DNA of 32,000 bases from Pseudomonas sp. FeN3W (GTDB taxonomy: Bacteria; Pseudomonadota; Gammaproteobacteria; Pseudomonadales; Pseudomonadaceae), in NCBI GenBank assembly GCA_030263805.2, contig CP136011.1, positions 349,934-381,933 of the forward strand, read 5' to 3'. Shown here in pieces: positions 1 through 8,429 of this stretch (position 1 is the stretch's first letter; every line of letters starts with the position of its first letter). The notes below the pieces were generated by a model. The model made no database searches, was not told the DNA's origin, and worked only from the letters and a program-made list of their open reading frames with translations. The translations under genes were made by a program, and so were the position numbers.

Positions 1-3
1 TGT

Positions 4-543
4 TCAGCAGGGAGAGGGAGTATGAGGATACTGGCCTTGGTCGCTAGATGAAATGAGACTGATGTTATTCTCAAGAACGTAATTACGTATCGTGGTGGCA
101 TCTTGAACTGGGTGATGAGTTAGCTTATTTGACTCCACCCAGTTTTCGTACTCCTCTTTTTCTTTCGTAGATAATACGTCTAAAAGAGTCTTTATTGAGA
201 AAGCCATCTTCACACCACTGTCATCGAACAGCTTCTTTATCCAGTACGAATCCCACCTGCTGTCTGAATAAATTGACTTCCCCTTGAAAACAGCATTCAT
301 TTCTCTCGCCACCAAGAAGGCGTCACGACCCTGCTGGGTCAACTGCTCCCTGTCGATCCCATGAATGGCTTCAGCAAAGCTGTCCCACTCATCCCAGTCT
401 TCGAGTGGGCAGATCATCCAGTACCACACCTGCCCGTCCGGGCCGCTGACGCCTATCGAAATCGGATAGCTGTGCTCACTAAGGCCGCTTGACTCACAGT
501 CTAGGATCAGCAGGTCATTGGAATCTTTCATTAGGCGTCTCAC
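4..543 (-). CDS. DEDDh-type (DnaQ/RNase T-like) 3'-5' exonuclease
   Basis: 179-aa ORF. Exo I DxE in LILDCESSG, an Exo II-like Asp in YSDSRWD, and Exo III H-x4-D in THHPVQDA. Start is GTG at 543 or ATG at 531; stop TGA at 4-6. Confidence 0.7.
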   Translation of the reverse strand: MRRLMKDSNDLLILDCESSGLSEHSYPISIGVSGPDGQVWYWMICPLEDWDEWDSFAEAIHGIDREQLTQQGRDAFLVAREMNAVFKGKSIYSDSRWDSYWIKKLFDDSGVKMAFSIKTLLDVLSTKEKEEYENWVESNKLTHHPVQDATTIRNYVLENNISLISSSDQGQYPHTPSPC

Positions 544-655
544 AACATTGAATAGGCTTACCCGAGAGGATAACGCAAAAAATTCAAAATTTCTAATCCA
601 TCCAGGTTTATTGACGCGTATACTGATGACAGGTCACCCAGTTTGGAGTGAGTTT

Positions 656-3310
656 ATGCGTGCGTACTCAACATTTACATCCGATGATCTGCTGTCAGGC
701 CACAATGACTTACACCCGAAATTGCTCCAGGACGCTAGACGCCTGGCACTCCACTCCCAGCTTGCTTGCTGGACGTCGACAGATCTTCTCAGGGAGTTGA
801 TATCCATCCGAGGTAAATTAACTTTAAACAGGTCGCTTGATAAAAAATGGCCGTTTGAAATCGTCAATGGTCGCGTCATACGCGATCTTACTGAAACGCA
901 AGCATACAACGCGCTTATAACCGGTGACCTTGAGTCCTCACTCCAGGCCATTCCTGCTGCTCTACAAAACGGCATTAGGCTTTCCAGGCTGATAGAAGCG
1001 CAGAGGGCCAAAGGAATAGGAGTCTATTTCAAGACTACACTAAAACTAAGGACACAGTGGTATCACGATTACCAATACCATGATCAACTCGCGGCGGAAG
1101 CTATGCTCGCCTGGATAGGAATGTCCAGTTGTAGCATTAAACAGTTATTGACTAGCGAAAGCCTTTCGCGTGATGAAATCATTCTTTTGGAGATAGTCAA
1201 AGGCCACCGAAAGACAATAGCAAGCAAGGTTTTTATAAAGGGCGTTGAATCAACAATAAGGCATATTCCTCGCTCTTTCATCTTGAGTCCCGACTTCGCT
1301 TTTACTCTTATTCCGGCAAGCTCGGACGGATTCACCACAACCACTGAGTATTTCTCAGCGATAGACGCTGAGTTTCAGAAGATAATTGATACAAGCATGG
1401 AAATCACTGAGCCACTCCTATCCATGATCCCTGATCATACGAGGCTCTTGCTCATGAGCGACATCAATACATATGAAGCCGTTATGCATTTCAAAGACAA
1501 TGTAACGCTAGCGCTCAACAGGCACACATATGCTGAGTCATGCCAATTAGTCCTGGATGTGGCTGGTGAAAAAGTAGAGATCATTTGCCCTTTATCATTG
1601 CCCAGCAATATAGTTTTAACCAGTGAGATGTATGAGTCCCTCTGCGTTAGAGCGCGCAATAGCATGGAAGAATCTTTCAATAACTTAAAGAAAATAGCCG
1701 GATCATTTGATCTTGGGCTAATAGAAAAGCCATTTTTACTAAAGCTTTTGCGAATGAAGAATCGTCAAATGAAAAAGTCATTCTTTCCAATCATGGAAAA
1801 AATAAAAGGATCAATCGCCATGGCAGACATACTAGAGTCTGATCCAAGATTTACGCATTATCATGATCTTTATCCCGCAAGAAATATCAATCGCCAATGG
1901 ATTGCCTACCTTGGCCCAACAAACAGTGGGAAAACACATAGCAGCATGAATGAAATGGCTGCTGCTGAAAACGGAATATACCTATCGCCCTTAAGGCTCA
2001 TGGCCTTAGAAAATCAAGAAAGACTTGAGCAATCTGGCATACCTTGCTCGCTCGTAACCGGTGAGGAGCAGATTATAAGGGAAGGGGCATCACATTACTG
2101 CTGCACTGTTGAAGAATTTGCACGCTTCAAAAATCGAAAATGGGACGTGGTTGTGGTAGATGAAGTGCAAATGCTCTGCGACCAACAGCGAGGGTGGGCG
2201 TGGACGGACGCATTAGTGAGTGCGCAAACACCAAGGTTGATAGTGACAGGCCCTGGCGCTATAGAGCCAACAATAAGAAGCCTTGCGCAGATCTGTGGTG
2301 ATGAGGTAGACGTCCTACTGAAAGATCGCCTGACAGATCTACAGATAGCTTCAGGGCCTGAAAAAATAGAGACCATAAGGGCCGGATCAATTATTGTCGC
2401 TTTCAGCAGAAAGACCGTTCTGGATATCAAGCGCATGCTCGACGCGAAAGGCAGATCCACAGCGGTGGTCTATGGCGCGCTGTCTCCTATGGTCAGAAAA
2501 GAGCAGGCCAGATTATTTCGTGAGGGGGAAGCAGAAATTATGATTGCCACAGATGCCATCGGCATGGGGCTCAATTTGCCTGCCCATTCTGTTTATTTTT
2601 ACGCTGACTCCAAGTTTGATGGGCAGTCTGTTCGCCCACTAACAAGCCAGGAGGTTAAGCAGATTGGGGGAAGGGCGGGTCGCTATGGGCTTTCAGAATC
2701 AGGAACAATAGGCGCCTTTACTTCTGAAGCTTTATCCAGCATCAGGAGCAGATTCAAACAAATTGACAGGCCCGTAGATCTTCAAAAATTCCAAGTCCGT
2801 CCTACACTTGCTCATCTATCCACACTGTCTGAAGTACTTGGCGAAAAAAGCCTTCTTAAGGTCTGGTTAAGCTTCATCAAGACAGTCAATTATGGAGAAG
2901 CATTTCGCGCAGTCCTGCCAACTGAACTCATGGAGTGGATAAGGCAGATTGACAATTGCGAAATAGATCTTGAACTACGGTGGATTTTTGCATGTGCTCC
3001 GGTGCATGGAGGGCTGGACGGTTACGCTAGTCAGTGGTTACAGGAGTGGTTGCGGTGCCTTCATAAGTCAAAGCCAATCACCTTGCCCATGTATTCACCT
3101 CAGCCTGGCCTCAAAGGCTATGAAGACGCTTTGCACATGATTGATGCATACCTTCATCTCGCCAGAGTTCTACCCGATCAATTCTTTCAAGCAGCCGATG
3201 CAGAAGCCCTGAAAACTACAATGAATGACAAAATGATCGACGCACTATCGACGCGTCGACGAAACAGCAAAACAAAGCCAAGCGCTGAGTCGACTACAAT
3301 GCAATGCTAG
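656..3310 (+). CDS. Suv3-like superfamily-2 RNA/DNA helicase with a ~410-aa N-terminal region of unknown function
   Basis: The C-terminal half carries the Suv3 motif series: GPTNSGKTH (Walker A, nt ~1913), SPLRLMALE, LVTGEE, VVVDEVQM, RGWAWTDAL, IVAFSRK, VVYGALSP, ATDAIGMGLNLP, QIGGRAGR. The ORF is open from 518 (TTG), which overlaps the exonuclease gene. I prefer ATG 656, which has GGAG 7 nt upstream. ATG 626 is an alternative without an SD. Confidence 0.85.
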   Translation: MRAYSTFTSDDLLSGHNDLHPKLLQDARRLALHSQLACWTSTDLLRELISIRGKLTLNRSLDKKWPFEIVNGRVIRDLTETQAYNALITGDLESSLQAIPAALQNGIRLSRLIEAQRAKGIGVYFKTTLKLRTQWYHDYQYHDQLAAEAMLAWIGMSSCSIKQLLTSESLSRDEIILLEIVKGHRKTIASKVFIKGVESTIRHIPRSFILSPDFAFTLIPASSDGFTTTTEYFSAIDAEFQKIIDTSMEITEPLLSMIPDHTRLLLMSDINTYEAVMHFKDNVTLALNRHTYAESCQLVLDVAGEKVEIICPLSLPSNIVLTSEMYESLCVRARNSMEESFNNLKKIAGSFDLGLIEKPFLLKLLRMKNRQMKKSFFPIMEKIKGSIAMADILESDPRFTHYHDLYPARNINRQWIAYLGPTNSGKTHSSMNEMAAAENGIYLSPLRLMALENQERLEQSGIPCSLVTGEEQIIREGASHYCCTVEEFARFKNRKWDVVVVDEVQMLCDQQRGWAWTDALVSAQTPRLIVTGPGAIEPTIRSLAQICGDEVDVLLKDRLTDLQIASGPEKIETIRAGSIIVAFSRKTVLDIKRMLDAKGRSTAVVYGALSPMVRKEQARLFREGEAEIMIATDAIGMGLNLPAHSVYFYADSKFDGQSVRPLTSQEVKQIGGRAGRYGLSESGTIGAFTSEALSSIRSRFKQIDRPVDLQKFQVRPTLAHLSTLSEVLGEKSLLKVWLSFIKTVNYGEAFRAVLPTELMEWIRQIDNCEIDLELRWIFACAPVHGGLDGYASQWLQEWLRCLHKSKPITLPMYSPQPGLKGYEDALHMIDAYLHLARVLPDQFFQAADAEALKTTMNDKMIDALSTRRRNSKTKPSAESTTMQC

Positions 3311-3701
3311 CCTCACAGCCAGGTTTAGTGGGAGCACGAAGCTCGCGCTGAACCTGTGCTGTAAGAAGATCAACCATCATGCCGTAACGATCCTTGGCGG
3401 GCGTTACGTGAGCCAAGTATTGCGCGACCTGCTCAATGTCCTCGATGGGTGCAATCCTTGACCACGGGCCTACCGCTGGCGAAAGAATGCTTTCACTTTT
3501 CATGCGTGCATGAATGCCATCAGAAAGTGATATTTTTGCATGGGTTGCCGGATCAACAGTCACCTCCCCCTTTCCAGCCATAACTATCATTTTCGAGTGA
3601 TCCACGACTAATCCTTTTTCAAGGCTGTCCTTGATTGCCATGGCAAGTGCCGCTTCAGAATTGAAGCCCATAAGTTCAGTGTAATGTTTGATAACGTTCA
3701 T
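3294..3701 (-). CDS. hypothetical protein (135 aa)
   Basis: ORF starts 3 nt after the stop of the upstream 641-aa gene, so it looks like the last gene of that operon. Its 3' end overlaps the helicase 3' end by 17 nt (convergent). No recognisable motif. Confidence 0.6.
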   Translation of the reverse strand: MNVIKHYTELMGFNSEAALAMAIKDSLEKGLVVDHSKMIVMAGKGEVTVDPATHAKISLSDGIHARMKSESILSPAVGPWSRIAPIEDIEQVAQYLAHVTPAKDRYGMMVDLLTAQVQRELRAPTKPGCEASIAL

Positions 3702-3704
3702 TGC

Positions 3705-5630
3705 TTAGAGCTCGAAGTCTGTCGATAATTTTTCGCGGCCCACTCGTCTTCTTATTTTATTGTCTAGCTTATCCAGCACGCCGCTCAAGTCGAAGTTGTT
3801 CACCACAAACTCGATTTGCTTTTCCGTGCTGGCGGCCTTAACAACTTCCATAATGTCAAATCTATCGAGGAGCCCTTTTATTTTTTCAATGTCTTCTGGA
3901 TCTTTGAGACGGCTAGATTTAGTAAGAAGGGCTTGCGGGGTTTCTCCGAAATTGGATGCAAGTCGTTTATACGCACCACCCAATCTTGCTCCAAGCCTTA
4001 ACTCTTTACTTATCCCATATGCTCCGCAAATGGTTTCATATTTCATGGGAAGACTTGGATCTTGCGCAGAAGCATTTTGTAAATTGAAATCTTCTTTTAG
4101 CCATGACACCTTCTCCAGATATTCCAGAGAACCCTTCAGGCTAATGTAGGGCGTAAAGCCCAAATATTCTTTCGCATATCTGAGCTCTTTTTTGAAATCC
4201 TCTAATGCCTGGTCAATATCATCACAAGACTGCATAATATGCACTGATTGTTGCTCATTTCGATACGTTCCGATAGTTTCGGATAGGTACTTCCTCATGA
4301 ACTCTACTTCATGCGATGTTGTCATTAACTTAAGCGTGCTGACGCTGCAAGCATCATGCGTGATCGACACTACACTATTCTGTAGTGATTGCCCCCAGTA
4401 AGCACCCCTTAGATAAAGCCTGGTTCCAATATCATTGCTAAACAATGAGTATTGCTGCGGGCGGCTTCCAGTCAGCCATTCAACAACTTCCGGCCTATGG
4501 TAACGCATTGCTGTTGATAGCTTTTCATCAACCTCGACACTCTGTTCACTTATGCTGCTATAAGGGATAAGCATTGTAATGTGGCTTTTGCTTTCAAGAA
4601 TCCTGCTTACAGACTCATGAGGCAGAAGCGTCATGGCCATCGCAGCTTCCACGTCCTCAACGCAATTATTGCCTGAAACTTTAAATCCTCTGTACGGAAC
4701 GACAGATGAGCTTGTTTCTTTTTGAGTGACGGGCATGGCTCTAACACCGCCAGCAGCCTCAACTGCGTTAGCTAGCGCCGGCTCAACAAGCACTGGGAGA
4801 TACTTTGGAAAGTTGCGTGCATTCCAACCCTGTGACGTATCTGGTTGATTCAGCCTTAGGGCCTCAACCCGAAACGCCTCTGCAAGCATTTTTCCTGTGG
4901 CAAACTCCGGCTTGCCTGATTTGATTTCCTTTATCAGAGGAATTCCCTGCTTCAGCTCCTTAAGCGTTTCCCCGACTAAATCAACTTGTGCCTGGAACCT
5001 CTTCAGAGTCCATGGATAATTTCTGGATGTGTGCTCATATTGGCTGAAATCGTCTGGCATCTCTAGCCCGAGTTTTGATAGCAAAACAATTGCATGCTCA
5101 TCCCAATTTGAAGGGTGGCCAACAAAAATAAACAATCCTTCCCGTTGAGAATATCGCGAGCTGAATAGCTTCACATCAGTTATTAATTCTTTGGCGAAAG
5201 CGTCTTTATCAATAAGACCAGAGTGGGCTGTGAGCGCCAAGTCATACATTGAACGGGACATATAGGTGCGGATTAACCTTCCCCTGGATTCTTCATCCAG
5301 TGGTTGATCAGCAAGTGAATTCAGAAATGCTGCGTAACCCGGTATATTTTTTACCAAGGAGTCTTGAAATAATCCGTTCAAATCTTCCGCACTATAAGCG
5401 CTTCTTAGCAACCCCTGCTTAAATTTATCGTTAAATAGATAGGGGGCTTTCTCAAGGGTTTGAACAACCTCCCGCAAAGAAATAAAAGGCAAAATTGCCG
5501 AAACAATATCCCCACGACTTTCTCGGATGGCTTCGCTATACAACTCGCCTATAATACTTTCAATGCTCATAAGATATTCCTGGAAAACTGCTTTGTATTC
5601 ATCACACCAGAAAATATCACGCGGCGTCAA
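3705..5630 (-). CDS. hypothetical protein (641 aa)
   Basis: Long uninterrupted ORF. Its start lies 1 nt after the stop of the upstream membrane-protein gene. No catalytic or binding motif recognised by eye. Confidence 0.8.
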   Translation of the reverse strand: MTPRDIFWCDEYKAVFQEYLMSIESIIGELYSEAIRESRGDIVSAILPFISLREVVQTLEKAPYLFNDKFKQGLLRSAYSAEDLNGLFQDSLVKNIPGYAAFLNSLADQPLDEESRGRLIRTYMSRSMYDLALTAHSGLIDKDAFAKELITDVKLFSSRYSQREGLFIFVGHPSNWDEHAIVLLSKLGLEMPDDFSQYEHTSRNYPWTLKRFQAQVDLVGETLKELKQGIPLIKEIKSGKPEFATGKMLAEAFRVEALRLNQPDTSQGWNARNFPKYLPVLVEPALANAVEAAGGVRAMPVTQKETSSSVVPYRGFKVSGNNCVEDVEAAMAMTLLPHESVSRILESKSHITMLIPYSSISEQSVEVDEKLSTAMRYHRPEVVEWLTGSRPQQYSLFSNDIGTRLYLRGAYWGQSLQNSVVSITHDACSVSTLKLMTTSHEVEFMRKYLSETIGTYRNEQQSVHIMQSCDDIDQALEDFKKELRYAKEYLGFTPYISLKGSLEYLEKVSWLKEDFNLQNASAQDPSLPMKYETICGAYGISKELRLGARLGGAYKRLASNFGETPQALLTKSSRLKDPEDIEKIKGLLDRFDIMEVVKAASTEKQIEFVVNNFDLSGVLDKLDNKIRRRVGREKLSTDFEL

Positions 5631-5631
5631 C

Positions 5632-6225
5632 CTATGGCTGATAGGCGCCTACATTGATTAGGTTTTCCATAGCCATGTTCATTGAGAGCGTGCACCCATA
5701 GAAAAGCAATACCGAGACCGACACTGCGGCAAGGATGACCATCCACGGCTTTACGTGCTCAAACCTGGCCTCGGCCATTTGAAAAGCGAACAGGGTTGCC
5801 GTGCCTGTCGTGATCGTGATTATGGAGCGAATTAACGACAGAGGATCCATTCCCACCTGCCATGCCACCAGAGAAAAGAACCCAACCATGAGAGTATGGG
5901 CCATGAAATATCCATGGAAGACCAAAGAAGAATTTAAAAAACCTTCGGAAAACCTAAATAGAAAGTCGCCTTTGCGATTATCACATAGCATCTGAGGCGC
6001 TGTGAGTAACGCCATCATCATGGCGAACATCATCACGAAGAAGCCGATCACCACAGGATTCATGCTGCTTAAAGCCGCCCCAATTGAAGCGAACAGTAAT
6101 AGATAGAAGGCTGCCAGGCTGGCCTTCATCATCGAGGGCTCATTGACCCACAGCCTGAACAGTTGAGGTGCGTGTGTGATTGCCCCGAAGGTATAGTGGA
6201 TAGGGTGAACGATTTCTCTAAGCAT
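5632..6225 (-). CDS. integral membrane protein (about 5 hydrophobic helices)
   Basis: 197-aa ORF with hydrophobic stretches, e.g. ASLAAFYLLLFASIGAAL, PVVIGFFVMMFAMMMALL, MAHTLMVGFFSLVAW, WMVILAAVSVSVLLFYG. AGGA lies 7 nt upstream of ATG 6225. Confidence 0.7.
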   Translation of the reverse strand: MLREIVHPIHYTFGAITHAPQLFRLWVNEPSMMKASLAAFYLLLFASIGAALSSMNPVVIGFFVMMFAMMMALLTAPQMLCDNRKGDFLFRFSEGFLNSSLVFHGYFMAHTLMVGFFSLVAWQVGMDPLSLIRSIITITTGTATLFAFQMAEARFEHVKPWMVILAAVSVSVLLFYGCTLSMNMAMENLINVGAYQP

Positions 6226-6250
6226 GGTTTAATCCTGTCAATTCACATTG

Positions 6251-6279
6251 ATCATATTACGAAAACAAGGCGTTGGAAA
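6251..6279 (-). promoter_or_regulatory. candidate sigma70 promoter for the 5632-6225 operon (TTTCCA-17 nt-TATGAT)
   Basis: Minus strand: -35 TTTCCA (6279-6274), 17-nt spacer, -10 TATGAT (6256-6251). Predicted leader is ~25 nt. Confidence 0.35.
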
Positions 6280-6319
6280 GCCGCCAGTGGGTCGCTTCTC
6301 TGTGTTTCTATGCTGACTA

Positions 6320-6348
6320 TTGACAGAATGTCATTTTAAATGTATAGT
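6320..6348 (+). promoter_or_regulatory. sigma70 promoter of the TerD gene (TTGACA-17 nt-TATAGT)
   Basis: Consensus -35 TTGACA at 6320-6325, exactly 17 nt of spacer, and TATAGT at 6343-6348 preceded by TG. It lies ~50 nt upstream of ATG 6398. Confidence 0.7.
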
Positions 6349-6397
6349 TATCTGCAAATGGCTCAGCGCCATTTCAAACACCACAAGGAGATGCAAC

Positions 6398-6985
6398 ATG
6401 GGAACCCTGAACCTCGACAAAGGCCAGAAGCTCAACCTGGACAAGGTTGCGCCCGCGCTTTCAGTAGCCATGATCGGCCTGGGCTGGGAGGCACGCACCA
6501 CCGATGGTCAGCCGTTTGACCTTGATGTCAGCGCCTTCATGCTCAATGCCAGTGGCAAGGTGCGAAGCGATAAAGATTTCATCTACTACGGGAACCTGAA
6601 ATCCATTGAAGGCGCCGTTGAACACACTGGCGACAACCAGACGGGTGACGGCGATGGTGACGACGAATCCATCAAGGTGAACCTGGCGATGGTTCCTGAA
6701 GATGTGCAGCGCGTCGTTTTCACCGTAACGATCTACAAGGGATCTGAGCGCCGCCAAAGCTTCGGCCAGGTCAAGGGTGCGTATGCACGCCTGATCGACA
6801 ACGTGACTGGCGCCGAGATCGCGCGCTTCGACCTGACTGAAGACTACAGCACCGAGACCGCAATGCAGATGGTCGAACTGTACCGTCGCGATGGCACCTG
6901 GCGTTTCGGTGCTATTGGCCAAGGCTATACTGGTGGCCTGGCGGCAATGGCTACCGACTTCGGCCTGGATGTGGTTGGCGGCTAA
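6398..6985 (+). CDS. terD: TerD-family stress/tellurium-resistance protein with an intact Ca2+-binding motif
   Basis: MGTLNLDKGQKLNLDK N-terminus, FDLDVSAF, the canonical GDNQTGDGDGDDE motif, and VVFTVTIY. AAGGAG RBS at 6385-6390. The 6320 TTG extension was rejected because it sits inside the promoter. Confidence 0.9.
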   Translation: MGTLNLDKGQKLNLDKVAPALSVAMIGLGWEARTTDGQPFDLDVSAFMLNASGKVRSDKDFIYYGNLKSIEGAVEHTGDNQTGDGDGDDESIKVNLAMVPEDVQRVVFTVTIYKGSERRQSFGQVKGAYARLIDNVTGAEIARFDLTEDYSTETAMQMVELYRRDGTWRFGAIGQGYTGGLAAMATDFGLDVVGG

Positions 6986-7028
6986 TTGCCTGTTCAAGCG
7001 CGGGCCTCCGAAGGGATCCGTGACTGAG

Positions 7029-7052
7029 AAAGGGCTCTTCGGAGCCCTTTTT
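7029..7052 (+). terminator. rho-independent terminator after terD
   Basis: AAAGGGCTC (7029-7037), TTCG loop, GAGCCCTTT (7042-7050), followed by TT. Confidence 0.85.
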
Positions 7053-7077
7053 ACTTTATTGAAAAAGGGAAATCATC

Positions 7078-7728
7078 ATGGCAGTGGACATCACGAAGCG
7101 CGAAACGCCCGCTCAGGGAAAAAGCGTCATCAACCTCGATAAGCGCGGCTCGACCCTATCTCTCGATAAGAAAACGGGGTTCGACAAAATTGTTGTGAAT
7201 CTCAACTGGAACCAGGGCAAGCCGCAGAAAGTGGGCTTTCTAAAGTCGCTATTTGGCGGAGAATCCAAAACCGGCGTTGATCTTGATCTAGGATGCCTAT
7301 TTGAGCTCAAAAATGGGCAAAAAGGCTGCGTGCAGGCGCTTGGTAACGCCTTCGGTGACTACCGTAATGCCCCTTACATCCACCTGCTTGGCGACGACAG
7401 GACAGGAGCCAACCAGAATGGCGAATTCATGTGGATCAACGGCGCCTTTTTCAGCCAAATAAAGCGGATCGTTATCTATGCCTTCATTTATGAGGGCGTC
7501 GCCAGCTGGGGTGAGACGGATGGTGTTATTACCGTTCAAACACCTGGGCATGACACGATTCAGGTTGCGATGGATTCAAATGCCGATCTCCCGCTTTGTG
7601 CAATTGCCATGATTGAAAATGATCATGACAATCTTAAAATCACCAAGCTGGTAGAGTTTTTCAGTGATCAGGAAAAGCTCGATATCGCCTATGGATGGAA
7701 CATGAATTGGTCGGTAGGATCCAAGTGA
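7078..7728 (+). CDS. TerD-domain paralog with a degenerate metal-binding motif
   Basis: INLDKRGSTLSLDK and VDLDLGCLF mirror the TerD N-terminal strands. GDDRTGANQNGE occupies the position of the GDNxTGxGxGDDE motif but has lost several acidic residues. RIVIYAFIY matches the TerD core strand. Confidence 0.8.
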   Translation: MAVDITKRETPAQGKSVINLDKRGSTLSLDKKTGFDKIVVNLNWNQGKPQKVGFLKSLFGGESKTGVDLDLGCLFELKNGQKGCVQALGNAFGDYRNAPYIHLLGDDRTGANQNGEFMWINGAFFSQIKRIVIYAFIYEGVASWGETDGVITVQTPGHDTIQVAMDSNADLPLCAIAMIENDHDNLKITKLVEFFSDQEKLDIAYGWNMNWSVGSK

Positions 7729-7740
7729 CTGAATGAAGGA

Positions 7741-7778
7741 GAAGGCCCTGGGGCAACCTGGGCCTTCGCCATCGTTTT
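7741..7778 (+). terminator. rho-independent terminator after the TerD paralog
   Basis: GAAGGCCC (7741-7748) pairs with GGGCCTTC (7760-7767). A TTTT run follows at 7775-7778, slightly distal. Confidence 0.6.
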
Positions 7779-7846
7779 GTAGCAGCCTCATGAGATTGTG
7801 TTGCGCTTCAGTTTGAAGGGTATTGCAAGGCTACGTTCATTTTTGT

Positions 7847-7866
7847 AATATCTATATTGACAGGAT
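7847..7866 (+). promoter_or_regulatory. composite motif site: AATATCTATATTG + TATATTGACA + ATTGACAGGAT, upstream of hsp20
   Basis: AATATCTATATTGACAGGAT ends 45 nt before ATG 7912. It shares a 13-mer with 15441-15453, a 10-mer with 18164-18173 and 31754-31763(rc), and a 12-mer with 28624-28635. Confidence 0.45.
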
Positions 7867-7911
7867 CATTCGATCTGTCTAACAACACGTCGCTCAACGA
7901 GGACACAATCC

Positions 7912-8361
7912 ATGAGACAACATTATCTGTACATCAATTTCAGCGATCTATTCAACAGCCTTGCCGAAATTGCCAACCCCAAAAAAGCTTTTGGCTTTCC
8001 CCCAACTGACATTATCAAGCTGACAGAGACTCAGTATCAGATCCAGGTCGCTTTAGCTGGCTATCGCAACGAGAATGTTACGGTTACCTTTGAGCCATGC
8101 GGCGCCCGTAGCCATGAAGGCCAGCTTGTTGGTGATAGGAACCTTCTTCGGATCGAAGGAAACTTTCCCAAGCCGGAAGGTGATTCAGGAATGGTGACCT
8201 ATATTCAGCGCAACATTGCCCGACGTAACTTCAAACATGCGATTGCGCTAGATCGTCATATTGAAGTTGAAAGCGCAAAACTTGAACATGGATTGCTAAC
8301 CATCGATCTTAAGCTTGTTGTGCCGGACGAGCACAAGCCGCAAACAATAAAGATCAATTGA
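7912..8361 (+). CDS. small heat-shock protein, Hsp20/alpha-crystallin family (IbpA/IbpB-like)
   Basis: YQIQVALAGYRNENVTVTFE ... LLRIEG ... YIQRNIARRNFKHAIAL ... AKLEHGLLTIDLKLVVPDEHKPQTIKIN matches the IbpA layout. GAGGA RBS upstream. Confidence 0.9.
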   Translation: MRQHYLYINFSDLFNSLAEIANPKKAFGFPPTDIIKLTETQYQIQVALAGYRNENVTVTFEPCGARSHEGQLVGDRNLLRIEGNFPKPEGDSGMVTYIQRNIARRNFKHAIALDRHIEVESAKLEHGLLTIDLKLVVPDEHKPQTIKIN

Positions 8362-8365
8362 GTCA

Positions 8366-8393
8366 AAAGAGCCGGTCGAAGACCGGCTTTTTG
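8366..8393 (+). terminator. rho-independent terminator after hsp20
   Basis: AGCCGGTC (8370-8377), GAA loop, GACCGGCT (8381-8388), followed by TTTT. Confidence 0.85.
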
Positions 8394-8429
8394 TATAACA
8401 ATGTTCATCACAGCATCAGGTGTTATTAA

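Noticed and set aside
6320-6397. N-terminal extension of TerD from the TTG at 6320 (ORF-track start).
   Set aside because: That TTG is the first base of the -35 TTGACA. ATG 6398 has an AAGGAG RBS and gives the canonical TerD N-terminus.
6461-6997. 178-aa minus-strand ORF antisense to terD. Similar antisense ORFs occur at 634-1011, 1084-1344, 2095-2460, 3760-4149, 7297-7551 and 13542-13913.
   Set aside because: They lie entirely inside genes with strong family motifs on the other strand. They have no RBS and low-complexity products, so they are typical shadow ORFs.
6320-7778. Calling this a classical terZABCDEF tellurite-resistance operon.
   Set aside because: Only TerD-domain genes are present. 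No TerB, TerC, TerY or TelA-like ORF is visible anywhere in the window.
7857-7862. Treating every TTGACA in the TATATTGACA motif as a -35 hexamer.
   Set aside because: At 14818, 18168 and 31754 the distance to the start codon (16-29 nt) leaves no room for a -10 plus leader, and no -10-like hexamer follows at 16-18 nt. At ligA the TATATT half aligns as the -10 instead.
7779-7911. A sigma32 heat-shock promoter upstream of hsp20 (TTGAA at ~7813).
   Set aside because: No CCCCATnT-like -10 lies at 13-15 nt spacing, so the match is limited to the TTGAA pentamer.
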